DNA from: an uncultured bacterium
Lineage (GTDB): Bacteria; Babelota; Babeliae; Babelales; Babelaceae
NCBI GenBank assembly: GCA_963848965.1
Contig: CAWKFG010000001.1
Location: forward strand, 352,001-416,000
Length of the DNA stretch: 64,000 bases
Reading direction: 5' to 3'
Shown: positions 62,859-64,000 of the stretch, piece after piece
Layout: the number at the start of each line of letters is the position of its first letter
Numbering within the stretch: position 1 is the stretch's first letter
Translations under genes and position numbers: made by a program
The notes under the pieces: generated by a model
What the model was told of the DNA's origin: nothing
The model's database searches: none
Seen by the model: only the letters and a program-made list of their open reading frames with translations

Positions 62859-63080
62859 TTAGGTCGTGTGAACTTTACTTTGGTAGTGTTTTAGCAGCTC
62901 TTGTATCTCCTCATGCCCTCTCATTCTAGCTGTGCTTAAAGCCGTTTCACCTTTGTTATTTTTAGCACTAACATTAGCTCCTGCGGCTAATAGCAGCTTC
63001 ACTACCTCTGTATGGCCATTTCTTGCAGCACTCATTAAAGCAGTAAAGCCACTCCAATCTTGGCCATTTACACCAACAGT
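62859..63080 (-). pseudogene. Ankyrin C-terminal fragment
   Basis: GFTALMSAARNGHTEVVKLLLAAGANV; no credible start. Confidence 0.75.
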
Positions 63081-63211
63081 TGAATTTGTTAAGTAGGTCT
63101 TTGTACGAATATAATTTATTGGGCGCAATAGAGAACTAGATTTTTTTGTTAGTTTGTTTTGCAATAAAATCTATATTCAAAAGATGCTTATTGTAAGCTG
63201 AATATGGTGTA

Positions 63212-63613
63212 CTGAATAACGCCGGGCTAAAGCCCAGCGGTTCGAGAGTTACTGGCATTATCAGCAGAGCTCCGTAAGACTTTCAGTGAGCACGCATGTA
63301 TAACTCTGTCTATACTCAAATGAACATGCTTAATGACGCAATGCTATATTGAATGCAGCATTGACATCAGCATGGTCAACGTGTCCACACTCTCGACACT
63401 TAAATACCTTCTTATGCCGGTTACTTCTTTGCTGACATTTACTACAATCCTTGGAGGTATAACGAGGATCTATATACATAACCGGTACTCCTAGCAGCTT
63501 GGACTTATACTCAATATAGCTATCAAGCTTATAGTATGCCCAACTGTTCAAGAAGTGCTTAAAGGAATCAATTCATCCAACTGGCTAAAGCCACTGGCTT
63601 TCTTGATCTTTAA
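63212..63613 (-). mobile_element. Internally deleted IS200/IS605 tnpB element, copy B
   Basis: Same ends as copy A, inverted; carries the TnpB C-terminal part. Confidence 0.85.
63330..63551 (-). pseudogene. tnpB: TnpB C-terminal fragment
   Basis: YIEYK, IDPRYTSKDCSKC, FKCRECG, ADVNAAFNIA. Confidence 0.9.
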
Positions 63614-63660
63614 GTAAAAAAGGCAGCTTTAACAGCTGCCCCTATACAGAACTATTTACT

Positions 63661-64000
63661 TTAAGAAGATTTTTGTGAATCAAGAAATTTTATAACTGCT
63701 TTCATATCCGTGCAGAACAAAGCATTATGTATATACTGTAGAGAACTGGTTTTTGCATTTCTCATTGCTTCATTAAGATTTTTAATGGCTTTTAGTTCCT
63801 CTACATTTTGAGTAGTTAGATCAACATATGTTAAGGTGTTTGCAAAACAAGTATCAATATTGAGTCTTACTAAAGCATCATAATATCCTTGATAAGCAGA
63901 TTTCCAGAGCTCATAAACCGTTGTAGGATCACTCGTCTGCAAAAGCTCTGTAATGGTCTTATTTAATGCATGTCTTTTTGTTACATGCAGTTGGCTTAAT
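63661..64000 (-). CDS. Hypothetical protein, 5' end outside the window
   Basis: Open frame running to the window edge; terminator-like GGCAGC/GCTGCC downstream. Confidence 0.5.
   Translation of the reverse strand, partial: LSQLHVTKRHALNKTITELLQTSDPTTVYELWKSAYQGYYDALVRLNIDTCFANTLTYVDLTTQNVEELKAIKNLNEAMRNAKTSSLQYIHNALFCTDMKAVIKFLDSQKSS

Noticed and set aside
1..64000. CRISPR array or cas genes
   Set aside because: No regularly spaced direct repeats or cas-like ORFs seen; the repeats are dispersed or coding
25124..64000. Prophage, ICE or classical integron
   Set aside because: No structural, T4SS/relaxase or tyrosine IntI genes and no attC-type sites recognised

Overview
AT-rich bacterial chromosome segment. 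The many signal-peptide plus ankyrin proteins, three HtrA paralogues, alpha2-type GlyRS and MutS-ATPase fusion suggest an intracellular protist parasite such as Candidatus Dependentiae/Babelota (TM6); this is inference only. Bases 1-25 kb are mostly core genes (rplU, trkA/trkH, glyQS, tlyA, HtrA x3, an outer-membrane beta-barrel) mixed with effector-like proteins. From tRNA-Arg(TCG) at 25048-25123 to the window end there is only accessory DNA. A large serine recombinase reads into the tRNA 3' end and stops there. Downstream lie about five dispersed, co-oriented 'W-x-P-L-L-D-x-F-R-N' tails that would fuse in frame to the integrase at the tRNA CCA, so they look like attR sites. Around them are decayed Rep, toxin-antitoxin and DUF1016 modules. 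Two apparently identical IS110 copies sit inside these tails. Their bridge RNA can be read directly from the sequence: it is programmed for target CCCCTGC-TT-GACAC (the att-like tail) and donor ACAATCG-TT-TGTAT. The other tails carry an IS110 end scar or a 22-nt hairpin. Also present: an IS5, two complementary deletion derivatives of an IS200/IS605 tnpB element, small palindromic repeats, and a ~400-bp non-coding element made of two inverted, structurally covarying arms after rplU. All calls were made by eye, without database searches.
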